A stretch of DNA of 64,000 nt from the NCBI GenBank assembly GCA_963706955.1, contig CAVPOC010000011.1, positions 1-64,000 on the forward strand. Reading direction: 5' to 3'. Position 1 is the stretch's first letter. Every line of letters begins with the position of its first letter. Shown here piece after piece: positions 31,438 to 41,764 of the stretch. This stretch comes from an uncultured Verrucomicrobiae bacterium. GTDB lineage: Bacteria; Verrucomicrobiota; Verrucomicrobiia; Chthoniobacterales; Terrimicrobiaceae. The notes under the pieces were generated by a model. It made no database searches. It was not told where the DNA came from and was given only the letters and a program-made list of their open reading frames with translations. The translations under genes and the position numbers were made by a program.

Positions 31438-32736
31438 TTATTCTTCGCCGACGGCAACGAGTCGCTCGCGCGTCGCCCAGAGTCCGGCCGACGGTGTGCC
31501 GATGAAAAAGATCTCCTCGCCGTCCGGCAAGATATTGACACCTTCGTGCATCCGTTCAGGCGAGTAGCGATTCAGAACCTGATCAAGATCTGCAAACTGA
31601 TAGAGAACGCCTTCAATTTCTGACCTCGTGAGTCCGCCTGGAGCGTAGGTGATCGTGAATCGTCCCTCCGCCGATCCGTGGATAAGATGTGCTGCGCCAT
31701 GGGCAAGGTCCTGCAAATCGGGGCTTTTGCGATAAAGCTGCATCACGCGCTCGGTTCCACAGTAACCATGCCTTCGGATGAGAGCGTCCACTTCAGCCTG
31801 CTCACCAAAGCGTTCAACACCCGGCGCAATCACCAGGAGTTCGCCTCCATCAGCCATGGCCATGCGAGTGCGGTAAATGGCTTTGTTCGCGACCCAAGTC
31901 GTCCGAAATTCTTCTCTCTGCATCACGGCCACCACCTTCTTCAGCGGATGTGCCAAAGCGGTGATATTTTGCGACCGACTTCTCCGGGCAGCCATCAGAT
32001 ATGTTTCGAGATCATCGCCCACATACAGTCCCGAGTGGACGAGTCGACCCTCCTCGTCACGACCCATGACCACTTGCAGGAAAACGTCGGGCAATCGATC
32101 CAGAAAGTGCTCCTCGGCCCAATTAAAGCACGCGCGCAAGGGAGTGATCAATTTACCCAGATTGTTCTCGATCCCGCAGACAGCTGCCGCCATGTGGGAG
32201 GCACAGATAGACTCTTTGCCGCCAAGGCCGATGATGTAGTTCTTATTGTGATTGGCAAAACCAAGAACCTCGTGCGGCACGACGTGACCGATGTTGATGA
32301 TCAGGTCCCACTGCTCGTTCATCAGAGTTGTGTTCAAGTCTATGGGGATCGCCCAGTCTGCTTTCCCACTTGTGATTTCGGCAACCTTCTCGGCAGGTAT
32401 CGTCCCGACGCGCGTCACCCCGCGGCGCCAATCGTGAGCGTGAATACGCTCCTCGGGAATACTCCCAAACATCCAGCGATTCTCTGCCTCGGTATGAGGC
32501 GCGTGTTGACCCAACGTGGGGATCACGTGAACGTCACAAGACCGCGGCAGGAGTCGGTAGAGAGTTTCCGCAATCCATCCGGAACCGCTATGAGCGCGGG
32601 TCAGATCAGGGGGAAGCAGCAGGACTCGCCTGAAATCGCAGCCCAGGCGCACCCGCGCCTCCTCCAACAACCGGGCGCACAGCGACTCGACCTCCGTCCG
32701 GGAAATCTGCTCGGCTTCGCGATGGAACCAAGGCAT
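31438..32736 (-). CDS. Lactate racemase LarA-family (DUF2088) epimerase
   Basis: Motifs PDLTR, LGQH, PHEVLGFANHNK and HGS. Confidence 0.75.
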   Translation of the reverse strand: MPWFHREAEQISRTEVESLCARLLEEARVRLGCDFRRVLLLPPDLTRAHSGSGWIAETLYRLLPRSCDVHVIPTLGQHAPHTEAENRWMFGSIPEERIHAHDWRRGVTRVGTIPAEKVAEITSGKADWAIPIDLNTTLMNEQWDLIINIGHVVPHEVLGFANHNKNYIIGLGGKESICASHMAAAVCGIENNLGKLITPLRACFNWAEEHFLDRLPDVFLQVVMGRDEEGRLVHSGLYVGDDLETYLMAARRSRSQNITALAHPLKKVVAVMQREEFRTTWVANKAIYRTRMAMADGGELLVIAPGVERFGEQAEVDALIRRHGYCGTERVMQLYRKSPDLQDLAHGAAHLIHGSAEGRFTITYAPGGLTRSEIEGVLYQFADLDQVLNRYSPERMHEGVNILPDGEEIFFIGTPSAGLWATRERLVAVGEE

Positions 32737-32833
32737 GGTTAAGAACGGAGCCTGCTCACCCGCTGAGTTCGCTTAGGCTCGAGGTGGCTAATGCTTAGTC
32801 GTCTTCAGAGCGGTTGCTCGAATGAACGAGGTT

Positions 32834-33136
32834 TCACGCTTCAGCAGTGTTCTTGTAGGTCTCCGTGCCAACCAGCACACCATACGGCGCGATGCTCTTC
32901 TGGATTCGCTCGATATTTTGATCGAAGTCGTAGCCACCATCCGTAACCAGAGTCACCGTCACGATCCAGGCGTACTGGCGGAGGTCAGACTTCATGGCCA
33001 GTAGCGTGTGCGTAAAGCCGCTGGTGATGCGTGTAGGCTGTAAAATGGGGAAAACATTCTTCGTTAAGTGCCCAACAAAAAGCTGCTCGTCCACGTCCGA
33101 GAGCAGGGCAATTCGATAAATCCCGGTCATTTTCAT
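32834..33136 (-). CDS. Hypothetical protein, 100 aa
   Basis: Clean ATG ORF with globular composition; no recognised motif. Confidence 0.6.
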   Translation of the reverse strand: MKMTGIYRIALLSDVDEQLFVGHLTKNVFPILQPTRITSGFTHTLLAMKSDLRQYAWIVTVTLVTDGGYDFDQNIERIQKSIAPYGVLVGTETYKNTAEA

Positions 33137-33262
33137 AGTGAGGGGTTCTTAAATATGAAATTTCAGTGTAGTTTTAGCTGCCGCAAGCGTCCTGGCCGCT
33201 TCGCGAAGGCATAATCTCCCGTTGAGCAAAGCCAAGCATGATCTTTCGTGAGCATTTCCAAT

Positions 33263-33560
33263 TCACATTTTCTGTCCTGGTTCGGCGACCGCCCGCGGCA
33301 CCTTGGACCGATCTGGCTCGGGCACGATGCCTCGCCTCTTCGGCACAGAGAAAAGCGGCGCCTTAGCCAAGCTTTCGCGCGTTCGGCGCAGCAAATCCAT
33401 TACATTCCGCTCGGCAAACTGAGCGGTTCCAAGCAAGCGATTGCAGTGCAGATGCAGGTAACTTCCGAATAAAATTTCCGGCGGTTGACCAAGTTCGGCG
33501 CGTTCGGCCATGGCGCGTATTCTTCGTGAAAGCGCTCGATTGCGGCGCGGGGCTTTGCGA
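33263..33560 (-). pseudogene. C-terminal fragment of a lantibiotic-dehydratase/thiopeptide-type (Lant_dehydr_C) domain
   Basis: ALSRRIRAMAERAELGQPPEILFGSYLHLHCNRLLG..ERNVMDLLRR matches the recalled S-Y-x-H-x-H-C-N-R-L terminus; no upstream body. Confidence 0.6.
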
Positions 33561-33843
33561 GCACACGCCTCAATTGCAGTGCGCTTCCGTCAGATGGCGG
33601 CCCTCGACGCAGGCATATTTCCCAGCGAACCTCATTTCGCCCAGTTCTCAGATGCGGACGTCAACTAAGGCCCTCGGCATGTATGTACCTCGCCATTGGC
33701 GCCTACCTCCCATAGCCTGCGCGGCAACGTTTCGGCTTTAATGCTCACATGTCTCCCTAGGAGATTGCACCGCCCAGCACTGCCACGCGGGTTGGTCGCA
33801 GATCGTCGGTGAGCGAGGGCGACGAGGTAGGGATTGCTGCTCC

Positions 33844-34332
33844 TTATACTTGCGCCTGCTGCCGGAAGAGGTCAGCGACCTTATTGCAGATTTCCTGCAG
33901 TTCAGCAGAAGAGAACTTGATCATCCCGAGCCGCGCAGCAGCGTGCTCCGCGTAGGCGCGATTCGGATTGGCCTGATTCCAAGTGACACAGAATTGATAG
34001 GCCGCCAGAGCGTCAATCGTCACCAGATAGGGACCGTCTTGACCAACCTTGAGAAGAAGCCGATTCAAAATCAGATCGCGGTCCAGATCGACGTTCGCCA
34101 CGACTGAGGGATGCCACTCCCGCGCATTAGTAAGCGAATAGTGCGTGTCAAATCGCAGAGTCACGGGACCGCCAGCTGGCACCGTGATCTGATAGTTTCC
34201 TTGCTCGTCCGTGTATTCGCGCTGCACCTCGCTGGCCGGATCGCTCTCGCGATACACCGTGACTCGAATCATGTTGATCGGTTTCCCGTCATATCCCTTA
34301 ACCTGTCCGTTTATCGAAATATTTTCAGGCAT
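33844..34332 (-). CDS. Carboxypeptidase-regulatory-like (prealbumin fold) domain protein
   Basis: Pattern INGQVKGYDGKPI..VTV..TDEQGNYQI; ATG at 34332. Confidence 0.65.
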   Translation of the reverse strand: MPENISINGQVKGYDGKPINMIRVTVYRESDPASEVQREYTDEQGNYQITVPAGGPVTLRFDTHYSLTNAREWHPSVVANVDLDRDLILNRLLLKVGQDGPYLVTIDALAAYQFCVTWNQANPNRAYAEHAAARLGMIKFSSAELQEICNKVADLFRQQAQV

Positions 34333-34646
34333 AACTTTGTCATTATAAGCTCTTCTAGCTCTCTCTGGCCAATATTCTCCGGTAAACCGAAGCAACTGCG
34401 TCGGGGGGCGTCGAATTCCCCGCTCGCTCCGAGTCGCTCTCGACCCTCCGCAGTCATCCGGACAATGGTTGGAGGTCGTTCCCGTCGGACCTCTCCTACT
34501 GTGTAAAGCGCAAATTGATCCTGACTCTTAATGACGCGGACCTGCTGGCCCAATGCGCATCCGATGCTCTCTAATTGACCAGCGTCCACCGAGCAGTGTT
34601 CTCGCCGATTTGCTCTGTTTGTTACTTGGGCGCTAAAAGTCGCCAT
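34311..34646 (-). pseudogene. N-terminal fragment resembling poly-gamma-glutamate hydrolase (DUF867/YjqB) family proteins
   Basis: RREHCS..LGQQVRV..FALYTVGEVR..IVRM..GRERLG..EFDA resembles the recalled N-domain; the APHGG catalytic domain is absent. Confidence 0.45.
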
Positions 34647-34754
34647 GAGCTGATCGTCTTGCCTAGATTATTCCCCGACACGCGCGGCTGCAGAAAGCAT
34701 GCGTTCTCCGCGGCATGCAGGATTAGCTGGCTATCAAGTGCGGCTGGCACACTG

Positions 34755-35753
34755 TCATATCAAGAGCGAACAGACCTCCTCAGAGTCGAGAAACTTTTGC
34801 ACCTCGAGGAGCATCACGTTGCATTCGGGTCTGATCTCCACCTCTCGTCGATTGATTGGTCCCCAATGCGTTCGAAACAAGCGTGAACCTAGTGCGGCGA
34901 ATTCGGCAGCGAAGGCCGGGCACTCCTTCGAGAGTCGTTGAAATTCCCTGCCCTTGCCAGAGCCGAAGTTCTGCAGATCAGCTGCTCGGCAACGGACTCC
35001 CTCCTTGAAGAGTTCGAGGAAGCCGGATGGCTTCGACAAATATTGCTCGAAGAGTTGGCCTAAGAGAGGATTGGCACGCGTCGCATCGAAGCTGGTCTGG
35101 AACATGCCGGCCTCCGCCGACTCCGCACTCGTATTGCCCGCCGCCCTGTCGCGACCCTCGCAATATTTTCCCGAGCTCTCTCGCATCCCCAGTCCGATGA
35201 GAAGCACAAAGAGATGGCGCAGTGTCGACGGTCCAGCACTTTCATTGTCCATCCCCGCCTGTCGAAACTCTTGAGCATACCAGGCCACGGCATCCTTTCG
35301 CCGATTGCCGGTATTAGCCTTAGACATTTCCAAAGCGGCCGCATCCCCTTGCCTCAGTCGGCAGTATACCCTGGCAAATACCATAGCCATTCCTTTAATG
35401 TAGCCGCGCGGCGCGACACCTCGATTTTTCCAGCGATAAGTTGCAATCGCTGAGGTGGAAGCAATCTGGAGAATTTCGTCGAGAGGGCTTCCGGGTGCTT
35501 CCGCCAAGTGAGGAACCAGATACCGCCGAGCCGACCACCCTACCAGCTCGCCATTGCGAATGTGTTGCCAAACTCCGTCCGGAGATAGGTCCCCTCCCTG
35601 GACAATGTCCTCCTTTTGCAGCTGCCCGATGATGCGGCCACCAAGGGAGGGCGTTCTCCGCACATTTACCGCTTCAGCAACAACCTTGAGTCGATCTTGT
35701 GATGAGGTGGAATCTTCGGATGGCGTCACAGCATTCGGCTTCACGCGGGGCAA
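34755..35753 (-). CDS. SH3b-domain protein with a putative lysozyme-like C-terminal domain
   Basis: SH3b pattern VNVRRTP..IIGQL..W..GWS..YL; C-terminal RESSG and AGMFQ motifs. Confidence 0.7.
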   Translation of the reverse strand: MPRVKPNAVTPSEDSTSSQDRLKVVAEAVNVRRTPSLGGRIIGQLQKEDIVQGGDLSPDGVWQHIRNGELVGWSARRYLVPHLAEAPGSPLDEILQIASTSAIATYRWKNRGVAPRGYIKGMAMVFARVYCRLRQGDAAALEMSKANTGNRRKDAVAWYAQEFRQAGMDNESAGPSTLRHLFVLLIGLGMRESSGKYCEGRDRAAGNTSAESAEAGMFQTSFDATRANPLLGQLFEQYLSKPSGFLELFKEGVRCRAADLQNFGSGKGREFQRLSKECPAFAAEFAALGSRLFRTHWGPINRREVEIRPECNVMLLEVQKFLDSEEVCSLLI

Positions 35754-36293
35754 CGCCCGTCGCCGCCGCAGTCCTTACGATTGTGCCCGTTTGCGCCACC
35801 GACGCAAGCCCATCAATTTTGAAGTGCCCTTTAAAGCCGGCGCCCCGCCTCCGCTCATTAACTATGCTGACAGTCTCATACCGTCCTGGCTGCTGACACC
35901 TAAACAGGACCAGTGTCCATCAGCAACCTACCTCGCGAAGCTAGCTTAATTCGATCGGAACCTGAACTCGAACGCAGGACCTCGATCATTAACCGATTCA
36001 TAGGAAGCGTCTTTGTGAAGGTGATACGTCCGCCGCGATTCTGGTTCATTCGATGAGCGCAGGGGGTTACTTATGTCATCGTGGGACTAAGCATGCCCGA
36101 TGCGGCCAGTCGGGCCTGTTATGGATTCAAGCGTGCTGCCGGCTGCGGAGCATCGCTCGGTGCGGACCACGATGTCACGTCTCAACGATGTCCCCTGTTG
36201 TGACCGCCTGCGCCCCCGATATTTTTGCGCTAGTCCTTTTCACACCTGGTAATTCTGCAAGGTCCGGATTAGGGCCGTAAGCGATACAAAGAC

Positions 36294-37463
36294 ATGAGGA
36301 CAATATCGACAGCTCAAAATTTCACCAGCGAGGTGACTAGTCGCGCCGGCAGGGCTCATTGCGCTCACGATCGAGAAGTGCCGGAAGTCGACCTCTTTAC
36401 TCCGATAACAATCCGAGGTGTCACCTTCCGGAACCGAATTGCCATGTCGCCGATGTGCATGTATTCGGCGAATGACGGCTACGCCAATGACTTTCACCTC
36501 GTACACCTTGGCAGTCGTGCCATCGGCGGAGTCGGCCTGGTCGTCGTCGAGGCGACTTCCATTACCGCTGATGGGCGTATTACGCCAAAAGACGTCGGCA
36601 TCTGGACGGACGATCACATGGAACCATTGGCCCGCATCGCGCGGTTCCTAGAGGCACATGGAGCCGTTGCCGGCATTCAACTCGCGCACGCCGGGCGCAA
36701 GGCCAGCAGTGCAGTTCCCTGGGAGGGCGGCGCGAGTTTGAAGACCGCCGCCGAAGGCGGGTGGCCGATTGTTGGCCCAAGCCCAATTCCCTTCAGCAAC
36801 GAAGATCCTATTCCCATGGAGTTGGACGAACGCGGTATCGAACATTACATCGAGGCTTGGGGGGCGGCCGCTCGGCGTGCTTTGGCAGCGGGCTTCAAAG
36901 TCATCGAAATCCATGCCGCCCACGGCTACTTGCTTCACGAGTTCCTCTCTCCACTCAGCAACCGACGCACCGATCAATACGGCGGCAACCTGGAGAATCG
37001 CATGCGGTTCTTGCTCCGCGTCGCCGAGAAACTTCGTCCCATCGTCCCTGAACACTTGCCGTTGTTTGTCCGAATTTCGGCAACTGACTGGGTCGACGGA
37101 GGCTGGGACATCGAACAATCTGTAGCCCTTTGCCAGGCGCTACGAGAGCGCGGCGTTGACCTGATTGACGTCTCCTCGGGAGGAACAGTGCCGGACGCGA
37201 AGATTCCGGTGGCCAGAGGGTATCAAGTGCCCTTCTCCCAACGCATCCGTGAAGAAGCGGGTATCCGAACGGGGGCAGTCGGGATGATTAGCGATGCTCA
37301 ATTCGCCGATGGGATTATCACGAGCGGTCAAGCCAATATGATCTTCCTTGCGCGGGAGCTTCTCCGCGAGCCTTACTGGGCGATCAAGGCACAACATGCG
37401 CTCGAGGAAGAGCCCGTTTGGCCAATTCAGTACGGGTATGCCGTGAAGCGTCGCACCAGGTAA
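36294..37463 (+). CDS. NADH:flavin oxidoreductase (Old Yellow Enzyme, YqjM/NamA type)
   Basis: Motifs NRIAMSPMCMY, QLAHAGRK and HAAHGYLLHEFLSP. Confidence 0.93.
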   Translation: MRTISTAQNFTSEVTSRAGRAHCAHDREVPEVDLFTPITIRGVTFRNRIAMSPMCMYSANDGYANDFHLVHLGSRAIGGVGLVVVEATSITADGRITPKDVGIWTDDHMEPLARIARFLEAHGAVAGIQLAHAGRKASSAVPWEGGASLKTAAEGGWPIVGPSPIPFSNEDPIPMELDERGIEHYIEAWGAAARRALAAGFKVIEIHAAHGYLLHEFLSPLSNRRTDQYGGNLENRMRFLLRVAEKLRPIVPEHLPLFVRISATDWVDGGWDIEQSVALCQALRERGVDLIDVSSGGTVPDAKIPVARGYQVPFSQRIREEAGIRTGAVGMISDAQFADGIITSGQANMIFLARELLREPYWAIKAQHALEEEPVWPIQYGYAVKRRTR

Positions 37464-37496
37464 AGTTTACTCGCCGAGTATAAGAAACTATATGCA

Positions 37497-38313
37497 TCAC
37501 TCAGCGGTAGAGAACGCCTCCGCAAATCTTTGCCGATCGAACCTCTGCGAACTGATATTATATCGTGCGTAGCTGTCGCTTTCCTTAGGTTGCCCGCGTG
37601 CCTGCGTGATGCTGTATGGTCTCTCGCCTCTTATGTTGCCAGCTGGGGCGTAGTTGCAAACCCAGACGACATACGTCCGTCCATCATCGGTCGTGCGCAC
37701 TGCTCGCCCGGCTCCGAGCCGTTGCGCATTGCTCCAAACCAACTGTGTGTAGTGCAGGCATTCCTTACCGGGTGCGCAGGTGTTGTCGTCGTAATCATAC
37801 CACTGCTCCTCCTCGGCCCAGCTTTCTACCACGGTCTTCGGCGGATAGGTCGGGTGCGCCCTCCGACCAGGCCAGATACCAGTTCTCGCCGAGGTTTAGC
37901 TGCCGCAACTCTTCGCGTTTCCGATGTCCGCCTGTCGGTGGATTCCTCTTGATTAGAGAGTCGGCCCACTGTTGCGCGACTGCGGCCACGGTCGAGTCCC
38001 AGATGAGATCGGGGATGCTGACGATCCCACCGAGACGCTGGGATTCCGCCCGCGCGATGCGCCGGCGGACGGCGTTATGCGCGGCGAGTATTTCAGCAAT
38101 CTCCGAGTCGCTGAGCGGCGAAGCAGACAGATCGCCGATGCAAAGCGCTGCCAACAGTGCGCCAACCAAGAAAAAATGAAGTCGGCGAGAGACTTCTTTT
38201 CGCTCACCGGTGGGACCAGGTGCTGACGCGACCTTGTGGGGTGTCACGAGCAGACGCGCAAAGTGAATGCTGCAGACTGCGCGAAAATCACGAACGTCCG
38301 GAATTGGCATCAT
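37497..38313 (-). CDS. CAP/SCP (PR-1-like) domain secreted protein; +1 frameshift at ~37843; start uncertain
   Basis: HNAVR, AQQWA and GENW in one frame; W..E..Y, HYTQLVW and VCNY..GN in the next. Confidence 0.82.
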
Positions 38314-38493
38314 CTTTAATCCTCGAAGGCAAGGAATTTGAACGACTGATCATCTGGAAAAACTGCTAGGTCCGTTGTATCGCAAGGCGCGCTTTCCGAC
38401 TACTCATTCGCAGACCCCGGGGAGGTAGGGACTGAGAGAAGCCTTTCGACATTTCACTGACGACCTCTGCGCATTTTTGAGTATCCTTCCCGT

Positions 38494-39448
38494 GTGGGCA
38501 TCCCTGTCAGTGGACTTCATCACGTCACCGCCATTGCGAGCGACCCGCAACGCAACCTGGACTTCTATGTCGACGTGCTTGGGCTGCGGTTAGTCAAACG
38601 CACGATCAACTTCGACGATCCTCGCACCTACCATTTTTACTTCGGCGATGGCCGTGGCTCCCCCGGAACAATCCTGACGTTTTTCCCATGGCGGAATGCT
38701 CGGCGCGGGGGACGCGGCACTGGGCAAATTGATGCAACGGCATTTACCACGTCCGCCGGAGTCATTCGGCTATTGGCTGGAGCGCTTCAAGCAAAATCAC
38801 GTAAGCGCTGAGCGTGCGCCAAAGCGTTTCGGACAGGACATCATTCGCTTTGCCGATCCTGACGGCTTGATGCTTGAACTGATTGCGTCGGAGCCGGCGA
38901 GCGAAGTTGAAGCGTGGCCGGAGAGCAGCGTGCCAGCGGAACATTCACTGCGCGGCTTTCATAGTGTCTCGGCCACACTGGAAGGCTACGAGCGCAGCGC
39001 GAAGCTCCTCGTTGAAGTATTTGGCTACGAGCTCGCGCAAGAAGAGGCAAATCGCTTCCGCTTCTCTGCGCGGAACACAACGGGACCGGGCAGAATGATC
39101 GACCTGCTCTGCATGCCGGACACGCAGCACGCCCGCGGTGGCGCAGGAACCGTGCATCATATCGCGTTCCGCACGCCAGACGATGCGAGTCAGCGCGCCT
39201 GCCGGGAACAACTGGTCGAACTCGGCTTCAACGTCAGCCCGGTGATGGATCGCACTTACTTTCACTCGATCTACTTCCGCGAGCCAGGAGGCATTCTCTT
39301 TGAGATCGCAACCGATCCACCCGGCTTCACAGCAGACGAGACGGTCGAGGAACTCGGCAACAAGCTCCGTCTTCCGCCGTGGATGGAAGAGGTGCGCGCG
39401 CAGATCGAGGAAGTCCTGCCGCCGATCGCCCTCCCAGCCAAGCGATGA
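38494..39448 (+). CDS. Ring-cleaving dioxygenase (MhqO/MhqA-like VOC); frameshift at ~38750
   Basis: GLHHVTAI..TYHFYF..LTFFPW, then VHHIAFR..DRTYFHSIYFREPGG..EIATD. Confidence 0.9.
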
Positions 39449-39602
39449 GCGAACAAAAAACCTGGACTTTGCCTTCGAGCCACTCACTGCTTCTGCAGAA
39501 CGACGATCTTGGTCGCCCCGACTTTGGATAGTTTCTGGCATCGCGACGGATGCCAACCTCAACACGAACCACAACCATAACCAATCCCAACGAAAACACG
39601 CG

Positions 39603-40220
39603 ATGAAAGTCCTTGTCGTTTATCACACTGTCTACGGCCACGTCTTGCAGCTTGCGAGAGCTGTCGAGGAGGGCGTGAAATCTGTCTCCGGCGTCGAAGC
39701 GGTCTTCCGGCGCGCTCCGGAATTCCCTCATACCGAGAAGGAACTCGAAGCCGGCGATGGCCACGCCTCGAAGATCTGGCAGGCTCAAAAGAATACTCCG
39801 CCATGCACGCTGGATGACCTGCGCGAAGCGGATGGCCTCTTGCTCGGCTCGCCTACTCGCTACGGCAACATGACCGCACAAATGAAAGCGCTCATTGATT
39901 CGACGGTCAGCCTCTGGCTCTCGGGGGCGATGGAAGGCAAACCTGCTGGCGTTTTCACCTCAACGGCCTCCACCCACGGCGGACAAGAAACAACCTGCGT
40001 CACTATGATGATCCCCCTCCTTCATTTGGGAATGCTCATTGTCGGCGTCCCCTATTCCACGGAAGGCATGATCCACACCGAAGCGCGCGGAGGCACGCCC
40101 TACGGCGCAACCACAATCTCCGGACCGAAAGGCGAGCTGGCACCGGCTCCTGAAGATCTCGCCATCTGCCGAGCTCAAGGCAAGCGGGTCGCAGAACTGA
40201 CGAAGAAGATTCGCAGCTGA
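39603..40220 (+). CDS. wrbA: NAD(P)H:quinone oxidoreductase WrbA
   Basis: Motifs YGHV, GSPTRYGNM, STHGGQE and GGTPYGA. Confidence 0.92.
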   Translation: MKVLVVYHTVYGHVLQLARAVEEGVKSVSGVEAVFRRAPEFPHTEKELEAGDGHASKIWQAQKNTPPCTLDDLREADGLLLGSPTRYGNMTAQMKALIDSTVSLWLSGAMEGKPAGVFTSTASTHGGQETTCVTMMIPLLHLGMLIVGVPYSTEGMIHTEARGGTPYGATTISGPKGELAPAPEDLAICRAQGKRVAELTKKIRS

Positions 40221-40286
40221 TTGATTCTCTTACCGCAACTAAGCGCGGAGGCGCGCCGTTAAAGGGTAAGCGTGTTAGACGCGGAT

Positions 40287-41526
40287 TCACGATTCGTTCA
40301 TTTTCTCGCGCGACTCAGCATCGAGCATGCGGGGCGCGAATCGTTCCGTCAGGACCGGCCCGAGAATGGAAGTGACCAGCATCAGGACGAGCACCGTATT
40401 GAGCATTCTTTCATCAAGCAGCCGCTGACCGTCGGCGTTAACCGTATGATAGGCGACAAGTGTTGCCGCGAGCGTGGCAGCGACTTGTGGCAGGGTCAGC
40501 GCCCATGTCGTCAATCGCGCCGCGGGCGTGTAGCCGAAGGCGCGGCCAACGACCGTCGCAGCGATCCACTTTCCCAGCACGAGCGTGGCGATGACTCCGA
40601 CGACCAACGGCAGGTTGCCGACGACGCTCTGGACGAACGTCGAAGGATCGATGAGAAACCCGGTGGCAACGAAGAAGCTGGGAATAAATAAGGCTTTGCC
40701 GATGAATTCCAGTTTGGCCGTGGCCGCCCGGTCGCGGACCGCGGCGTTAACTGCCAGTCCCGCCAGAAACGCCCCGACGATGTCCGGCAGGTTGATGAAA
40801 TCGGCCACCATACCGGCAACCGCCATGATTGCGAGCATCAGGACGAACTCGGCGTCTTCTTTGTCACGCACCTTGCCTAAGCGCGTAGGCGCCGACACGA
40901 CTAAGCCCGAAGAGAATGAGCGGAACGAAGAGGGCGATCTCCATGAGTTGGGTGGCAAGCCCGGTCGGCGAGAAGCCAGTCGTATAGGTCGAAACGCAGA
41001 TCGCGAAGACGATCAGCGACAGTGTGTCCGAGAGAACCGTGGCGCCAATTGTCACGATAACCGGCTCGAGCTGGATAACACCGAGCCGACGGACAATCGA
41101 TAGACCGAGCAGAGTATGGGACGCGAGTAGTGACCCGACGACGATCGCGGGAATAATGGCATAGCCGAAGGCGAGCCCAAGCAAGGTGCCTAGGAGCAAG
41201 GGCACAGCAGTGGTGACCAGGCCGAAGATGATTGACCGGGTCTGAGCCTTGCGGAAGAGAATGACGTCGACCTCAAGACCCGCCGAGAACATCAGCAGCA
41301 GCTTGCCTAACTCCGCGAAGAAGTCGGCGATTGGTCTGTGTTCACCGAAGAGGCCGAGGACATGCGGCCCCAAGACGACCCCGAAGAGCAACAACCCGAC
41401 CATCTCCGGGATCCCGACGCGGCGGGCAAGCGGGGGAACCCCGACGATGATCGCCATGGCGATAGCGAACTTTGCCAGGGACGGCAGCGCTTGCACCAAC
41501 GACCTCAACCCATCGATTGCGTCCAT
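40287..41526 (-). CDS. Cation:proton antiporter (CPA2); +1 frameshift at ~40878
   Basis: ELGKLLLMFSAGLEVD, ASHT and SDT, then IVGAFLAG, FIPSFFVATG and PQVAATLA. Confidence 0.88.
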
Positions 41527-41764
41527 CACGCCTTTGCCACATTAGCAGCCAGCCTCCGCTGAATTGCGAGCGGCGGGTCAAGTTTGTGGTAATTTTCATC
41601 TCGCGGTGAGGTCATGTCACCGCCGTCTGCCTGAGCGGAGTGCCCGCCACAACATTTCGGATGCCCGGCGACCGCAGCACTCCTCAGCTTTCTTCCGGTA
41701 AATTGCCGACGTCACGAGCGCATCGCAATCGACCGAGATTTCTCATCGGCTGACATGCTGTTTT

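Noticed and set aside
35754..36293. 540-bp intergenic gap (also 61645-62012) as a possible ncRNA
   Set aside because: No recognisable structure, repeat or convincing ORF by eye.
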